Below, in pieces: positions 1-10,343 of a stretch of 64,000 nucleotides of DNA. Each line of letters begins with the position of its first letter. Position 1 is the stretch's first letter. The notes under the pieces were generated by a model. The model was not told the DNA's origin, ran no database searches, and worked only from the letters and a program-made list of their open reading frames with translations. This stretch comes from Proteromonas lacertae (lineage: Eukaryota): the NCBI GenBank assembly GCA_002245135.1, contig NGBS01000879.1:1-64000 (forward strand), in the 5' to 3' direction. The position numbers were made by a program, and so were the translations under genes.

Positions 1-1028
1 TTTCAGCAGATGAACTCGAAGGTATACTACTTACTGCTGGTGGAGGTGGTGGTGAGGAGGAGGTGAACCTCTAGGCGAACCAGGTGGAGATGGAGGTGGT
101 GAAGAAGATGATGGATTAAAGCCAGGTATACGTCCTCTTGAAAATAATACTTTATTAGATGATGATGCTGAATTAACAGGTATAGCACCAGGTAATGATA
201 CAGCACTCATACCATCATCTGATGGACCTCCCATACCTGGTATTGCAGACATAGAACCACTAAAACCTGATGGCAATGCAAATCCACTTAAATCTGATGC
301 ACCAGGGCCGCTACTGCTACCTGCAGGTGGAGGTGGTATATAGGCACTTCTTCCTACTCCTACTCCTCCTCCCGGGGGTGGGGGTGGACCTGGGGGACGG
401 AAGCTACTACCTGGTGCAGCACCTGGTGGTGGTGGTGGACCACGTGGACGAGGAGGTAATGGTGGAGGCATAGCTCCTCTTCTACTACTATTATATATGT
501 TAGAGATGCCTCCGTTTAGCTAATTCATTTGCAATAGCTACTGCTAAATCACCATTTGTACTACCTCCTCCACCAGGTATAGAAGGCATAACATTTTTGA
601 TATAAGCTAAGTTATCACTTACACTTTTATAACTATCATAAGGTAATGACTTTAACAGTGCTGATTGAACTGGTCCAAAAAATGCATCTCTGTTTGTAGC
701 TGTAATTTGACCAGTTTTTAATGCATCATAATAACTTTGTAATGCTAACTTCTTTTCTTTGGATAATGATTTATCTGCTAACAAAATTGGAAGCATTTTC
801 AAATCATTTTGCGTTGCTACTTGATCCATATTGAAACTACTATAAGCTGCTTCTCTCATTTTATTTCGCATAACACTTTCTTCATCAACTCTAACACCTA
901 CTGATTTGCTTATTTTCTTTTTTAAAGCTTTGTTAAAACGATTTACTTTAGCTCTTCTTTTAATACGTTTTCAATAGCTGTTTTGTTAAAACATTTTTTA
1001 TGTTCTTTTTATTTTTTGGTTTTGACAT
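1..1028 (-). CDS. Viral Lys/Arg-rich then Pro/Ser/Gly-rich protein, probably one gene broken by ~3 frameshifts and continuing past the left edge
   Basis: ATG at 1028 (MSKPKNKK...). A shift at the A-run 968-971 joins RIKRRAKVNRF... in frame with ORF 500-871. A shift near 515 gives NGGISNIYNSSRRGA into ORF 31-471, and a shift near 55 continues as SPPPPPAVSSIPSS to the window edge. Confidence 0.6.
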
Positions 1029-1081
1029 AGTAACAAAATATATCAAAAATATATAAAGAATTTAGTGAATAAAATTTTTAA

Positions 1082-1540
1082 TTAAAAATAAACTGGCATC
1101 ACAGCATTGTCACCAGGCATAGGTGCATCTGGTGGAGGTATTTTTAAACCACTACCATTACTTTGTTTTGTTTGTGCAAATGGATCACTATCACCTGGTA
1201 ACCTTATTGATTTTGATTTTTGTAGCGGTGGTTGTTGCTGTTCTAAATAAATATTATCTGATTCTTGTTTGTTTTTTAACTTATTCATTCTTGCTTCCCT
1301 TGCTTTGGCTAGATTTTCAGCTCTTTTCTTTCTTGTCTCTTCGCTTAATTTAGAATTAGATGATGGATTAGCTCTATCATTACTATGATTTAAATTATAT
1401 AACAATTCTGCAATCTGTCTATCAGTTTTACTCATATCTCTAGCTAATGGAGTATCATAGCCATAATAATCATCATCAGAAGATGAGGATGAATCATCAT
1501 AGTAATCTCTAGTGTATCTGCTATAACGGTTGTTATACAT
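1082..1540 (-). CDS. Viral hypothetical protein with a basic helix (LSEETRKKRAENLAKAREAR)
   Basis: 152-aa intronless ORF preceded by the element's upstream motif; NUMOD3-like basic segment. Confidence 0.7.
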   Translation of the reverse strand: MYNNRYSRYTRDYYDDSSSSSDDDYYGYDTPLARDMSKTDRQIAELLYNLNHSNDRANPSSNSKLSEETRKKRAENLAKAREARMNKLKNKQESDNIYLEQQQPPLQKSKSIRLPGDSDPFAQTKQSNGSGLKIPPPDAPMPGDNAVMPVYF

Positions 1541-1575
1541 TTTTATTATGTTATTATTAAAAATATAAAAAACAA

Positions 1576-1595
1576 TAAGAATTTATCAAATGAAT
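1576..1595 (-). promoter_or_regulatory. Viral upstream motif TAAGAATTTATCAAATGAAT (+ strand reading), copy 1
   Basis: Identical 20-mer at 2402-2421; both lie ~36 nt upstream of a minus-strand ATG. Confidence 0.6.
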
Positions 1596-1615
1596 AATAA
1601 GATCAATAATAAAGA

Positions 1616-2365
1616 TTATGTTGTTAACTTGTAAGCTAAAAAGCTTTGTAAACTGTTTTGTGGATTGTATAAACCTCTATGGTTAAATCCACAAGGTTTA
1701 GCTAAACCATTTAAAATAGGCCTATTGCTAGGAGGTTTAGTGATAGCTATACTATGTATTCTCTTAGCACCACCATTCATTGCTAATTTTAGTCCACCAT
1801 TTTGTCTAAGTCTTAAGCCACCCCTATGTCTTCTTCTACGTTTACCATAACCATAGTTACTAGCAGTGGAACTAATGTTATTTGCTATGTTACCTATTTT
1901 ATTAAAACCTAATTTTGTTGCAATGTCACCTACCTTACCTGATATATTACTAATATATTTCTTATCTTTTAAAGTATTATTTATTTCTTTAGCTTTCTCA
2001 ATACCTCTTGTAATATTGTCTTTTGTGGCTATTTTTCTTATTTTATTCCATCCTTTCTTAAACAAACTACCTAAACCAGCTCCCTTCCGTTTTCTAGTAT
2101 GAAATGAAACAACTTTACCAGATTTTGTCCTAAACTTAACAGTTCCACCACCAGTCATAGATGAAGTATCACCTAAGAATCTACCATCAGGTGTAAATTG
2201 AGACATTCTAGTAACTCTATGTCTTGCAACCCTACCTCTACGCCTTCTCTTACCATACCCCATATTCTCTATACTGTTACTAATAACTGGTCCAGCAAAA
2301 GGTATTAAACTAGCTGCACCTGATAGAATTTTAGATTTTTTTAACCAATCTTTAAACTTACCCAT
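1616..2365 (-). CDS. Arg/Lys/Gly-rich candidate virion core (genome-condensing) protein, adenovirus pVII/pX-like
   Basis: Two GYGKRRRR units plus MTGG|G and MNGG|A, which match the adenain cleavage consensus (M/I/L)xGG|x; divergent from the protease gene. Confidence 0.65.
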   Translation of the reverse strand: MGKFKDWLKKSKILSGAASLIPFAGPVISNSIENMGYGKRRRRGRVARHRVTRMSQFTPDGRFLGDTSSMTGGGTVKFRTKSGKVVSFHTRKRKGAGLGSLFKKGWNKIRKIATKDNITRGIEKAKEINNTLKDKKYISNISGKVGDIATKLGFNKIGNIANNISSTASNYGYGKRRRRHRGGLRLRQNGGLKLAMNGGAKRIHSIAITKPPSNRPILNGLAKPCGFNHRGLYNPQNSLQSFLAYKLTT

Positions 2366-2401
2366 TAATTAAATAACATATAAAAAATATATTAAAAACG
2401 T

Positions 2402-2440
2402 TAAGAATTTATCAAATGAATTGATATTCAATAAATTCTT
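2402..2440. promoter_or_regulatory. Viral upstream motif copy 2, plus an inverted half-copy (ATAAATTCTT 2431-2440) facing the protease gene
   Basis: Back-to-back motifs in the 93-bp gap between the divergent core-protein and protease genes. Confidence 0.6.
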
Positions 2441-2458
2441 ATAGTTATTAATTATATA

Positions 2459-3019
2459 ATGTTTAAAAGATATATCACAAATGACTATATAGGTACAGGT
2501 GATTTACATAAAGAAGATGCACTCTCAAATTTTGATATTGAAAAGATCATTAAAAAAATGTTTCCTAGACTACTAAAATATTTTAAAGGTGTTATACTAT
2601 GGGATGAACTTAGCAAAATAGGTCAACTATATAAAAATGATGATGTTTGGTGTGTTATACTTTGTACTAATACAACTAAAGATCCTGTAAGTAAAGTAGG
2701 TCATTGGGTTAGTTTATGTGTTAACAATAATACTAGGAGGATAATGTACTATGATAGTTTTGGAGATAAACCTAAACAAATAACAAAGTTTTACAAAGTT
2801 TTGACAAAATTAAAAAAATATCCTAATGATGAATATAAGATTAAAATAAACAGAGTGAAAAATCAAAGAGTTGATAGTGTAAGATGTGGTTATCATGCAA
2901 TTTTGTTTTTAGTTGATATCATAGTAAATAACAAATCATTTGTGCAAGCAACTAATTTTAATTCATTAAAAGGAGAAAAAAGAGCTAAAATGTTAGAATC
3001 AAAATTTAAAACTATATAA
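2459..3019 (+). CDS. Adenain/Ulp1-like (clan CE) cysteine maturation protease
   Basis: Catalytic order H-D-Q-C: GHWV, YYDSFG, NQR, RCGYHA; 186 aa. Confidence 0.9.
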   Translation: MFKRYITNDYIGTGDLHKEDALSNFDIEKIIKKMFPRLLKYFKGVILWDELSKIGQLYKNDDVWCVILCTNTTKDPVSKVGHWVSLCVNNNTRRIMYYDSFGDKPKQITKFYKVLTKLKKYPNDEYKIKINRVKNQRVDSVRCGYHAILFLVDIIVNNKSFVQATNFNSLKGEKRAKMLESKFKTI

Positions 3020-5528
3020 TTTTTATTCTTTTTCTTTTATTATTGTGTGTAAACAATTTGGTATACAATTTCATTAATGATTGTGTCTTTCTTCTACGCT
3101 TTTTACCTAAACCTTGTATTCTACGCTTAGCTGTTTCTCTATCATCAATAGCTCTTTGATTAATACTATCTCGATTTGCATTTCTCATATAATCATCAAT
3201 TTTTAAATAATTATTTTCATCTTTATCATCTAATCTAGCATCTTTTAATACATAAATATTATCTTTCAAAGATACTGGTACTATCAATTCTACTGTATCT
3301 CCTATCTTAACAAAGAATGGATAGTTATAGAATTTGTGAATTCCATCACCTGGTATATCGCATGACATATAATCAAACATTGCATCACTTATTACATACC
3401 ATGCTCTATCACTTTCTTGAGATACTATTACTTTGATTTGTTTACATTTGATTTTTTTATCGTTAGGCCAATTTTTATCATAATCCATACCTATTAATAC
3501 TTTTATGTTTTTATTTTCCTCTTCATCATCTGATAGAATATTGATACATGGATTATATATGTATATTTCCTGCTTAGCTTGTCTTTCATTAAATGCCATT
3601 CCTCGATGATTCTTTAACCAATATTCTAATAAACCAGTATATGAATATATATTTCTATTGTAATCATATCCATAAAACATCATATTGATACTATTGTAAT
3701 TTTGAGGTATATCATTTACTTCAGTTGCATTATATTTAGATCTAGGTAATAAAGGTAAATTGATGTTTTCTTCTCTAACCCAATCAGTAAAGAACATATA
3801 ACTCTTATTTGAATTTTCATCTACAATTGTACAAGGTGGATTATGATTATGTATAAATGCATCAATTGAATAGATTTTACCATTATTTGTTAACAATTGT
3901 GTATAAAACTCTTGTATTATCTTAGTTACACCTATTTTTGCACCATTTTCTCTAGTAGCTAAAAATCTATGTGATTTATTAAAGTCTCTATTTGGATTTG
4001 GTATAGCATTAAGCAAATCATCTGATACTAAAAATGAAAATCTATCAGATGGTATAAGATGATGAGGATTAAATTGATTACTTAAACTAATTACATTAGA
4101 TCTAGATACATTTGATACAGGAGGAGGTGGAGGTGGTTGTTGTTGATCAGTTCTTGCTGGCATAGGTCTTGGTGGTAAAGGAGGAGGTGGTATTTGATTA
4201 CTCATATCACCAAGATCATAAGTGTCTGAATCTTCTTCAGTATCACTACTTGATGGATTATTATCATTATCTTCACTATCACTATTTGCAGGTGATGCAT
4301 TATAAAATGCATTGACATTTCTATCAATCAAATCTGCAGTAATTGATGGATGAGCAGGAGGATAATTAACTGGTGCAACATATCTCCAATTTCTATGATC
4401 TGCAACATTCATTCCAACATAAGCTGGAACTGATCTTCTATGTTTAATTTGACGGTTAAGTTGTGTATCTAAAGCTCTATTCATTCTAAAAGTTATAGGA
4501 TTAGCAAATATATTTGTATTGATTTGTCCTTGTGGTACATGAGCTTCTGATAATATTTTTTGTATAGTTGCTAAATAGTTATATCTATATCCAGTTCTAT
4601 TATCACCATCTGGTAATCCCATAAAATTTCTTCTATCAGGATGATATGGTAAAGTATATTCATTATCATTTTGATAATTACCACTTAACTTATCTTTTAA
4701 TATTGGTATGTAATATAAAGCTAATATATACAAATCACTTACACATTTGTTATTATTGTTATTATCATTACTTCCATTGTCTGCATTTACTAATACTCCT
4801 CTTACCATATTATCATGTCTATTTTGCATAACATTTTCCGCTCTTATTTCAGCTGCACTATTATAATGTTCATTATTCATTATGTTAAAATCATTTTCTG
4901 GTTCTGGATGTCTTTCATCAATTTCATAATGAGTTTTTTTAATTCTTCTATTTTCTAGTTGTGTAACGCCTATTCTCTCTTTTGGGTGTAAAACAACAAA
5001 TGGATTTCTTTGTAATATAAAATCAGATGCCATACACAATTTATCAATACCATCTGCTATACGAGTTTTAAATATTCCACATTCTCTTGCATCAGCAGAA
5101 TTTTCATTTCCTGCTAATTTTGGATTATAAGCTTCTAATGGTTTACCATGTGCAAAAGGACCTGTTACAAATAAATTCTTACACCAATTAAACATTTTCA
5201 TATGTTCATCATATAAATTATATATTCTATTAAACTCATGATTTGGCCAACCTACAGGAATAAGTCTATATTGAATGATTAATGCTTTATTAAATCTTTT
5301 CACTTCTTGATTCACATAGTTATTCAAATCATCTTCACTTATATCTTGAAATGGTATGACTTGATTCCTTCTATGTCTTCTTCTATGTCTTATTCTGTTC
5401 ATATCAATAGGTACATTGTCTTCATTTTCTTCATCTTCATATTCATCATCTGTGGGTCCATCTTCTTCATCATCATTTGAATTGTTAGCTTGTGGTTGTG
5501 GTGGTGGTGGTTGTTGTTGCGGTTGCAT
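3012..5528 (-). CDS. Large viral protein of unknown function (838 aa)
   Basis: Long intronless ORF with acidic and polyproline linkers; C-terminal IQGL|GKKRRRK resembles the core protein motifs. Confidence 0.8.
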   Translation of the reverse strand: MQPQQQPPPPQPQANNSNDDEEDGPTDDEYEDEENEDNVPIDMNRIRHRRRHRRNQVIPFQDISEDDLNNYVNQEVKRFNKALIIQYRLIPVGWPNHEFNRIYNLYDEHMKMFNWCKNLFVTGPFAHGKPLEAYNPKLAGNENSADARECGIFKTRIADGIDKLCMASDFILQRNPFVVLHPKERIGVTQLENRRIKKTHYEIDERHPEPENDFNIMNNEHYNSAAEIRAENVMQNRHDNMVRGVLVNADNGSNDNNNNNKCVSDLYILALYYIPILKDKLSGNYQNDNEYTLPYHPDRRNFMGLPDGDNRTGYRYNYLATIQKILSEAHVPQGQINTNIFANPITFRMNRALDTQLNRQIKHRRSVPAYVGMNVADHRNWRYVAPVNYPPAHPSITADLIDRNVNAFYNASPANSDSEDNDNNPSSSDTEEDSDTYDLGDMSNQIPPPPLPPRPMPARTDQQQPPPPPPVSNVSRSNVISLSNQFNPHHLIPSDRFSFLVSDDLLNAIPNPNRDFNKSHRFLATRENGAKIGVTKIIQEFYTQLLTNNGKIYSIDAFIHNHNPPCTIVDENSNKSYMFFTDWVREENINLPLLPRSKYNATEVNDIPQNYNSINMMFYGYDYNRNIYSYTGLLEYWLKNHRGMAFNERQAKQEIYIYNPCINILSDDEEENKNIKVLIGMDYDKNWPNDKKIKCKQIKVIVSQESDRAWYVISDAMFDYMSCDIPGDGIHKFYNYPFFVKIGDTVELIVPVSLKDNIYVLKDARLDDKDENNYLKIDDYMRNANRDSINQRAIDDRETAKRRIQGLGKKRRRKTQSLMKLYTKLFTHNNKRKRIKII

Positions 5529-5608
5529 ATATTAAAAATATATTAAAGAATAATTCAAATAAAATTATATTCAAATATTTCTCAACATATATACATATAT
5601 AACATATA

Positions 5609-6580
5609 ATGCAACCAAAAGATAGTAACAACATATTAGCTAATAGAAGAACATTAATCTTAACAACATCAGACTATAATGAAAAATTTTCTAATAAATG
5701 GGTTAGATGTATTAATACTCCAACTATAACTGAAAAATATCAATATATGAGTCTAATTACAGCTGTAATACCAAATAACTTCTATACAGTACAAGATGAA
5801 GTAAATGATCATATTTTCTTTAATTTCACTTACTACGAATGCATAAATCCAGATAAAACAAATCCAGCAGAATGGGAAAAACCTGAGAATCAACTTGGAC
5901 CTTATTATAAAACTATTGATGCTAAAATACCTCAAAGAAATTATACTGGTAAAGAATTATTAGAATTTTTTAGTAATAAGTTACTATCATTAAGTTTTGT
6001 AGAAATATCAGGTGCAGTAGGACCATTACCAGATGAAGATCTTTCACAAAACTATCCGTTTCGTAAAATAGATGATCAAACAGATATACTTCAATTTAGT
6101 GAAAGTTCAGAAAATAGATTACACTTAAAATTCAAATACTTAACTCATTTTGGTAGAATATATTTCACAGATTTTAGCATTGAATTCCCTAACTTAGTTT
6201 ATAAGTTATATGGTGTAGATGAGATGAACAAAAAGTTAGATATTTATCATACAGCAGCTCCAATTGAAGCATTTTTTAATAATATTGATATAGTATATGA
6301 CAAAATATTACCTAATCAACCATCTTTAATTTGGGTGTCATTCATACAAATTAGATGTGACTGGGTTAATAGTGGTGAGAATTCAATGGTTTTAGCTAAC
6401 ATACCTGTGAAAGATCTTAATGCTAACTTCACCACATTCACTAATCCACAAATTGAATGGACAGCTAAGAAGATGCAATATCACGAATATCAACGAATGA
6501 CTATATCAGTCACACAACAAGATGGTTATGCAATTTATTTAAAAAACTTACCCATTTATTTTGAGATTATTTTGTATTAA
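5609..6580 (+). CDS. Putative minor capsid (penton) protein
   Basis: Beta-rich 323 aa. SLITAVIPNNFYTV...HIFF, FIQIRCD...LANIPV and ISVTQQDG...FEI resemble PLV/virophage pentons; lies directly upstream of the MCP candidate. Confidence 0.65.
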   Translation: MQPKDSNNILANRRTLILTTSDYNEKFSNKWVRCINTPTITEKYQYMSLITAVIPNNFYTVQDEVNDHIFFNFTYYECINPDKTNPAEWEKPENQLGPYYKTIDAKIPQRNYTGKELLEFFSNKLLSLSFVEISGAVGPLPDEDLSQNYPFRKIDDQTDILQFSESSENRLHLKFKYLTHFGRIYFTDFSIEFPNLVYKLYGVDEMNKKLDIYHTAAPIEAFFNNIDIVYDKILPNQPSLIWVSFIQIRCDWVNSGENSMVLANIPVKDLNANFTTFTNPQIEWTAKKMQYHEYQRMTISVTQQDGYAIYLKNLPIYFEIILY

Positions 6581-6633
6581 TAAATTTCTTGCTATTTTTA
6601 AGTATTTTTTAATCTTTTAAAATAACATAAATT

Positions 6634-8055
6634 ATGTCAATCACTGCTATACCTAATTCACAAAAACATGAAAGCATTGTGCCAGCTTACATACCAATTT
6701 ACAACCATATTTTAGTTACACCTAACCAAAGCAGGAATGAGACTGTTTTATCTTTAAATTCAAACAGTGATGCTATTACATTTGAAATATCTGGTGATAA
6801 TTGTGTTAACTTATCAAAAAGCTATTTTGAATTCATATTAGATTATACTACAGGTCAAACTAGAGCTCATGCTGCTGCAGATTCAGGTAATTGGGATATG
6901 CCTTTTGTACCTAAAAGAGATACTAGTGCAAATAATTTAGATAAACTAACATTGAAGAATACTATGAATTTTGGTACATTAAAAGTATACAACAAAACAG
7001 GAACTTTGCTATGTGATTTGGATACTAGTTATAATGAATATAGAGATTTAGCTCATGAAATTGCAAATCAATTTCCTTATGATTTAAAAGAACCAGATTA
7101 TTACAAGAAAATATTTGATGGTTTAGGATTTAATACTGCAAATCAAAAAATAGGTGAAAATTTATTATGTCATTCAGCTAATACATTAAATCCAAGTGGA
7201 GGTGTTCAAAATTATTATGTAATGCAAAATGGTATGACAGATACATTACATGGTCAAATACTGTGTAGATTTCATTTTGCAGACATATACAATACTATTT
7301 TAGCTTTGAAGAATGATATTTATTTTGGTGAAGTCATTTATATTCAATTCACATTTGCACCTATAATGAATTGGGTTCATCATAATGATGGAGATAAATA
7401 TATAAACCAATGGCAAGCATTTTTAGGAATGAAAATAGTTAATCCTCATCTTTATGTTTGTTATAACAAAGATCCAACTTGCAATGCCAATACCATCAAT
7501 TATTCAACTCATCATCCTATTGACTTTACTGATTTTAACATAGTTCAAATAACTAAAGATCCTATTCCAGGTAATAGTACTTTTAACTATAACTTCAGTA
7601 TTAATAGCAGCATTGGAAGTTATGTTAAGTTTATATTATACAGAGCATACATAAATGATGCTTATATAAGAACTATAGTTCCTTTTGATAAAGAAGAAGA
7701 TAGAATTAGATGGCAAATTAATGATTTTGTCTATACTCCTGACTACTTATATCCTGCAAAATACCAAACTTGGGAATATATGAGAAATATTATTCAAAAT
7801 ACATTATATGAAAAATGTTCAGCATATTCATTCCCTTATAGATTCTTTGATGTTCTAAATTTCAGTACTGATCGATTAACTGAATTAAAATTAAGAGCTG
7901 GTAAAGACTTAGCAAGTGATTTAAAAATTACATTAGATTGCTCAAATCATGATTTTGATACTGCAAAAAATACTTATACAATTCATCATAAATTCTATAT
8001 TATTACAGGTAAACAATTAGTTATTGGACCAAGAGGTGTTGAGAAAGTAGTATAA
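6634..8055 (+). CDS. Putative double jelly-roll major capsid protein
   Basis: 473 aa, beta-rich. N-terminal ITFEISGDNCVNLSKSYFEFIL and YIQFTFAP...IVNPHLYV patterns resemble PLV MCPs; lies between the penton candidate and the ATPase. Confidence 0.7.
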   Translation: MSITAIPNSQKHESIVPAYIPIYNHILVTPNQSRNETVLSLNSNSDAITFEISGDNCVNLSKSYFEFILDYTTGQTRAHAAADSGNWDMPFVPKRDTSANNLDKLTLKNTMNFGTLKVYNKTGTLLCDLDTSYNEYRDLAHEIANQFPYDLKEPDYYKKIFDGLGFNTANQKIGENLLCHSANTLNPSGGVQNYYVMQNGMTDTLHGQILCRFHFADIYNTILALKNDIYFGEVIYIQFTFAPIMNWVHHNDGDKYINQWQAFLGMKIVNPHLYVCYNKDPTCNANTINYSTHHPIDFTDFNIVQITKDPIPGNSTFNYNFSINSSIGSYVKFILYRAYINDAYIRTIVPFDKEEDRIRWQINDFVYTPDYLYPAKYQTWEYMRNIIQNTLYEKCSAYSFPYRFFDVLNFSTDRLTELKLRAGKDLASDLKITLDCSNHDFDTAKNTYTIHHKFYIITGKQLVIGPRGVEKVV

Positions 8056-8125
8056 GTAATAATACTTTATTATTGACTTCTATTTTTATTTTTTGATTTC
8101 TCACTACATAATAAATACACACACT

Positions 8126-8887
8126 ATGTTTAAATTTGAAAAAATAAATAATATACAAATTGAACCTGTTGATGGTGGTGAGTCATTTGATCCTAAGAAA
8201 ATTCTGGGATATGATTACTTTAATGAGCCTTTCTGCAATATTTTTATTGTAGCTCGTAAGAACAGTGGGAAAACCACTTTGATATACAATATATTAAGAC
8301 ATATTATAGATCCAAAATATAAGAAAAAACAACATGTACATTTTTTCGTAGGTACAATCAAACAAGATAGGATATATGATTCAATTAAAGAGTTATTAGA
8401 TTATAATGAAATTAGTTATGATGAAAATGATTCATTATTTGAACCTTATTCAGGAGATAATTTAGTAGAGAAGTTAATGAAATCAATTGATGATACAAAC
8501 AAAGATAATTTTGAGTATGCAGAACATATTATAATATTTGATGATCTTAGTTTAGAGTTGAAAACAGCTAATATCATACCAGTATTAATGAAAGAAAATA
8601 GACATTTAAAATCAAAAATTATAATTAGTAGTCAATATATTACTGATATAGTACCTTCAGCAAGATCACAAGTAGATTATTGTTTAACATTTTATGGATT
8701 GAGTAATAGAAATTTGTTTGACTTATACAACTCATTGAATATATGGATACCTGAATATGAAACATTTAAAGAGTTATATTTAGCTGTTACTAAGCCACAA
8801 TATAACTTCTTATATATTGATAATGTTAAAAAAGTGTTTAGAGCTAACTTCAATATTTTGATTGAAGATCATTCTGAAGTTTCTTGA
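8126..8887 (+). CDS. A32-like (FtsK/HerA) DNA packaging ATPase
   Basis: Walker A variant ARKNSGKT, Walker B IIIFDD, RH..IIISSQ motif, Arg finger (PSARSQ), and YNFLYID tail; ATG at 8126. Confidence 0.92.
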   Translation: MFKFEKINNIQIEPVDGGESFDPKKILGYDYFNEPFCNIFIVARKNSGKTTLIYNILRHIIDPKYKKKQHVHFFVGTIKQDRIYDSIKELLDYNEISYDENDSLFEPYSGDNLVEKLMKSIDDTNKDNFEYAEHIIIFDDLSLELKTANIIPVLMKENRHLKSKIIISSQYITDIVPSARSQVDYCLTFYGLSNRNLFDLYNSLNIWIPEYETFKELYLAVTKPQYNFLYIDNVKKVFRANFNILIEDHSEVS

Positions 8888-8931
8888 TGTTTTTATTAAT
8901 TTTGTTATTTTATTGTTTATTAATACAAAAA

Positions 8932-9728
8932 ATGTTTATTGGGGAACGAAATACTTCAGATATAAATATTGATACAGATAAGCTTGCTAAAGATATAGCT
9001 GACAAAATAAATATACCTCCTCCTTCTGATCCTATTGATCCTGATACTATTGTTAAACCTATTAATAATCATACTGATACTCAAATAAATAATATAGTTA
9101 CACCTGTTTATGATATCAAAACTACTACAAATACTATATATGGTAAATGTCAAGAAATATATAATGTTGTAAATAATAGTTTGGAGGTAGTACTACAATA
9201 GTTAATAATTCTGTATCACCTAAATTATTGCATACTGAATATACATATTGGTCAGTTAATTTTTATATATTACAAGATAATTCGATCAATCAATATGAAT
9301 CTACTGTAAAAGTACCTATAAAAATTCAAATGTTTGAGCATTTTATGAGAATTAAAATATATGATGGTATTGTTTTGAAAAATGGAGATGCTAGATATGG
9401 ATATATATTTTATCTAGATGATCATCATGTTATTAAAGCAGAACCAGGTAAAGAAGATTTATTACAACAATATTATAACAAATTATTAGAAACATACTTT
9501 GTAGATGGAAGTAATGGAATATACTTCACTATACAAGGTGTAATAAATGAAACTTCACAACCTGCATTAAATAAATATGATGGTTTTTTTGCTATATTAA
9601 GAAATAATAATAATAAATGTAATCTTTATATAGAGCAAAAAGGACTTGATGCATATTCATATCAAGCATTCCCACCTCAAGTTATTATAACAGAGTGGAT
9701 GGATACAGGTGTAACAGAACCATTTTAG
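8932..9728 (+). CDS. Viral hypothetical protein (coiled-coil then beta-rich domain; possibly fibre-like), one gene with a frameshift near 9180
   Basis: ATG 8932. One extra T in AGTTTGG at ~9180 would fuse ...VVNNS to FGGSTTIVNNSVSPKLLHTEY..., which is in frame with ORF 9228-9728 (that ORF has no ATG start of its own). Confidence 0.55.
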
Positions 9729-9818
9729 TAATAATTATATTATGGTTATTATATTTTTTATTATGTTTTTATTATGTTTTTATTATATTATGTGATTTTT
9801 ATTAAATTACGCATATTT

Positions 9819-10343
9819 TTAAACCCTGTTCCAAATTATTTTAAGATAAAGATTCGTTTTAAAATTTAGAGCTATGTTTATCGTAGTTTGATCATTGTTT
9901 CCTTTAACTTCTTCTTGTACTTCTTCTTCCTCATCATCACTATCATCAAATATATAATTCTTCTTTACATAATGTTTTAACATAGGATTCTTCTTCAAAT
10001 GAACACTTCCCATTCCTTCAGGTAGTGTTAACCACTCAATATACTTATCAAACACTGCAAAATAATGTCTATTTAATCCTCTTGGTTTTACTGATGGTTT
10101 AATATCGAAAAGCATCATGTAATATCTCTTATCACTATACTTTGTCCACATCTTTTGATGGCAAATAGCACAGAATTCATTATAAGACTTTATCTCTTCC
10201 TTAGGTAATGGACTATCTAAAACTGCACTTATATTATGGTTAAAATATAAGTAAAACTTACATGTTCCACATATACACTTATCTAAATAATCTTCATTAT
10301 TTCTAAATGAACAAAAGAAAGCAAAGTTTACTGAAGCACACAT
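9819..10343 (-). CDS. Cys-rich (zinc-binding?) hypothetical protein, last ORF of the viral block
   Basis: Intronless 174 aa with CICGTC and CAICH. Confidence 0.6.
   Translation of the reverse strand: MCASVNFAFFCSFRNNEDYLDKCICGTCKFYLYFNHNISAVLDSPLPKEEIKSYNEFCAICHQKMWTKYSDKRYYMMLFDIKPSVKPRGLNRHYFAVFDKYIEWLTLPEGMGSVHLKKNPMLKHYVKKNYIFDDSDDEEEEVQEEVKGNNDQTTINIALNFKTNLYLKIIWNRV

Noticed and set aside
270..2102. Plus-strand ORFs 270-473, 1123-1353, 1665-1850, 1866-2102 and similar antisense ORFs elsewhere
   Set aside because: Shadow frames of stronger opposite-strand genes.
3012..5528. 838-aa ORF as the element's DNA polymerase or helicase
   Set aside because: No PolB (DxxSLYP, YxDTD) or Walker motifs visible.
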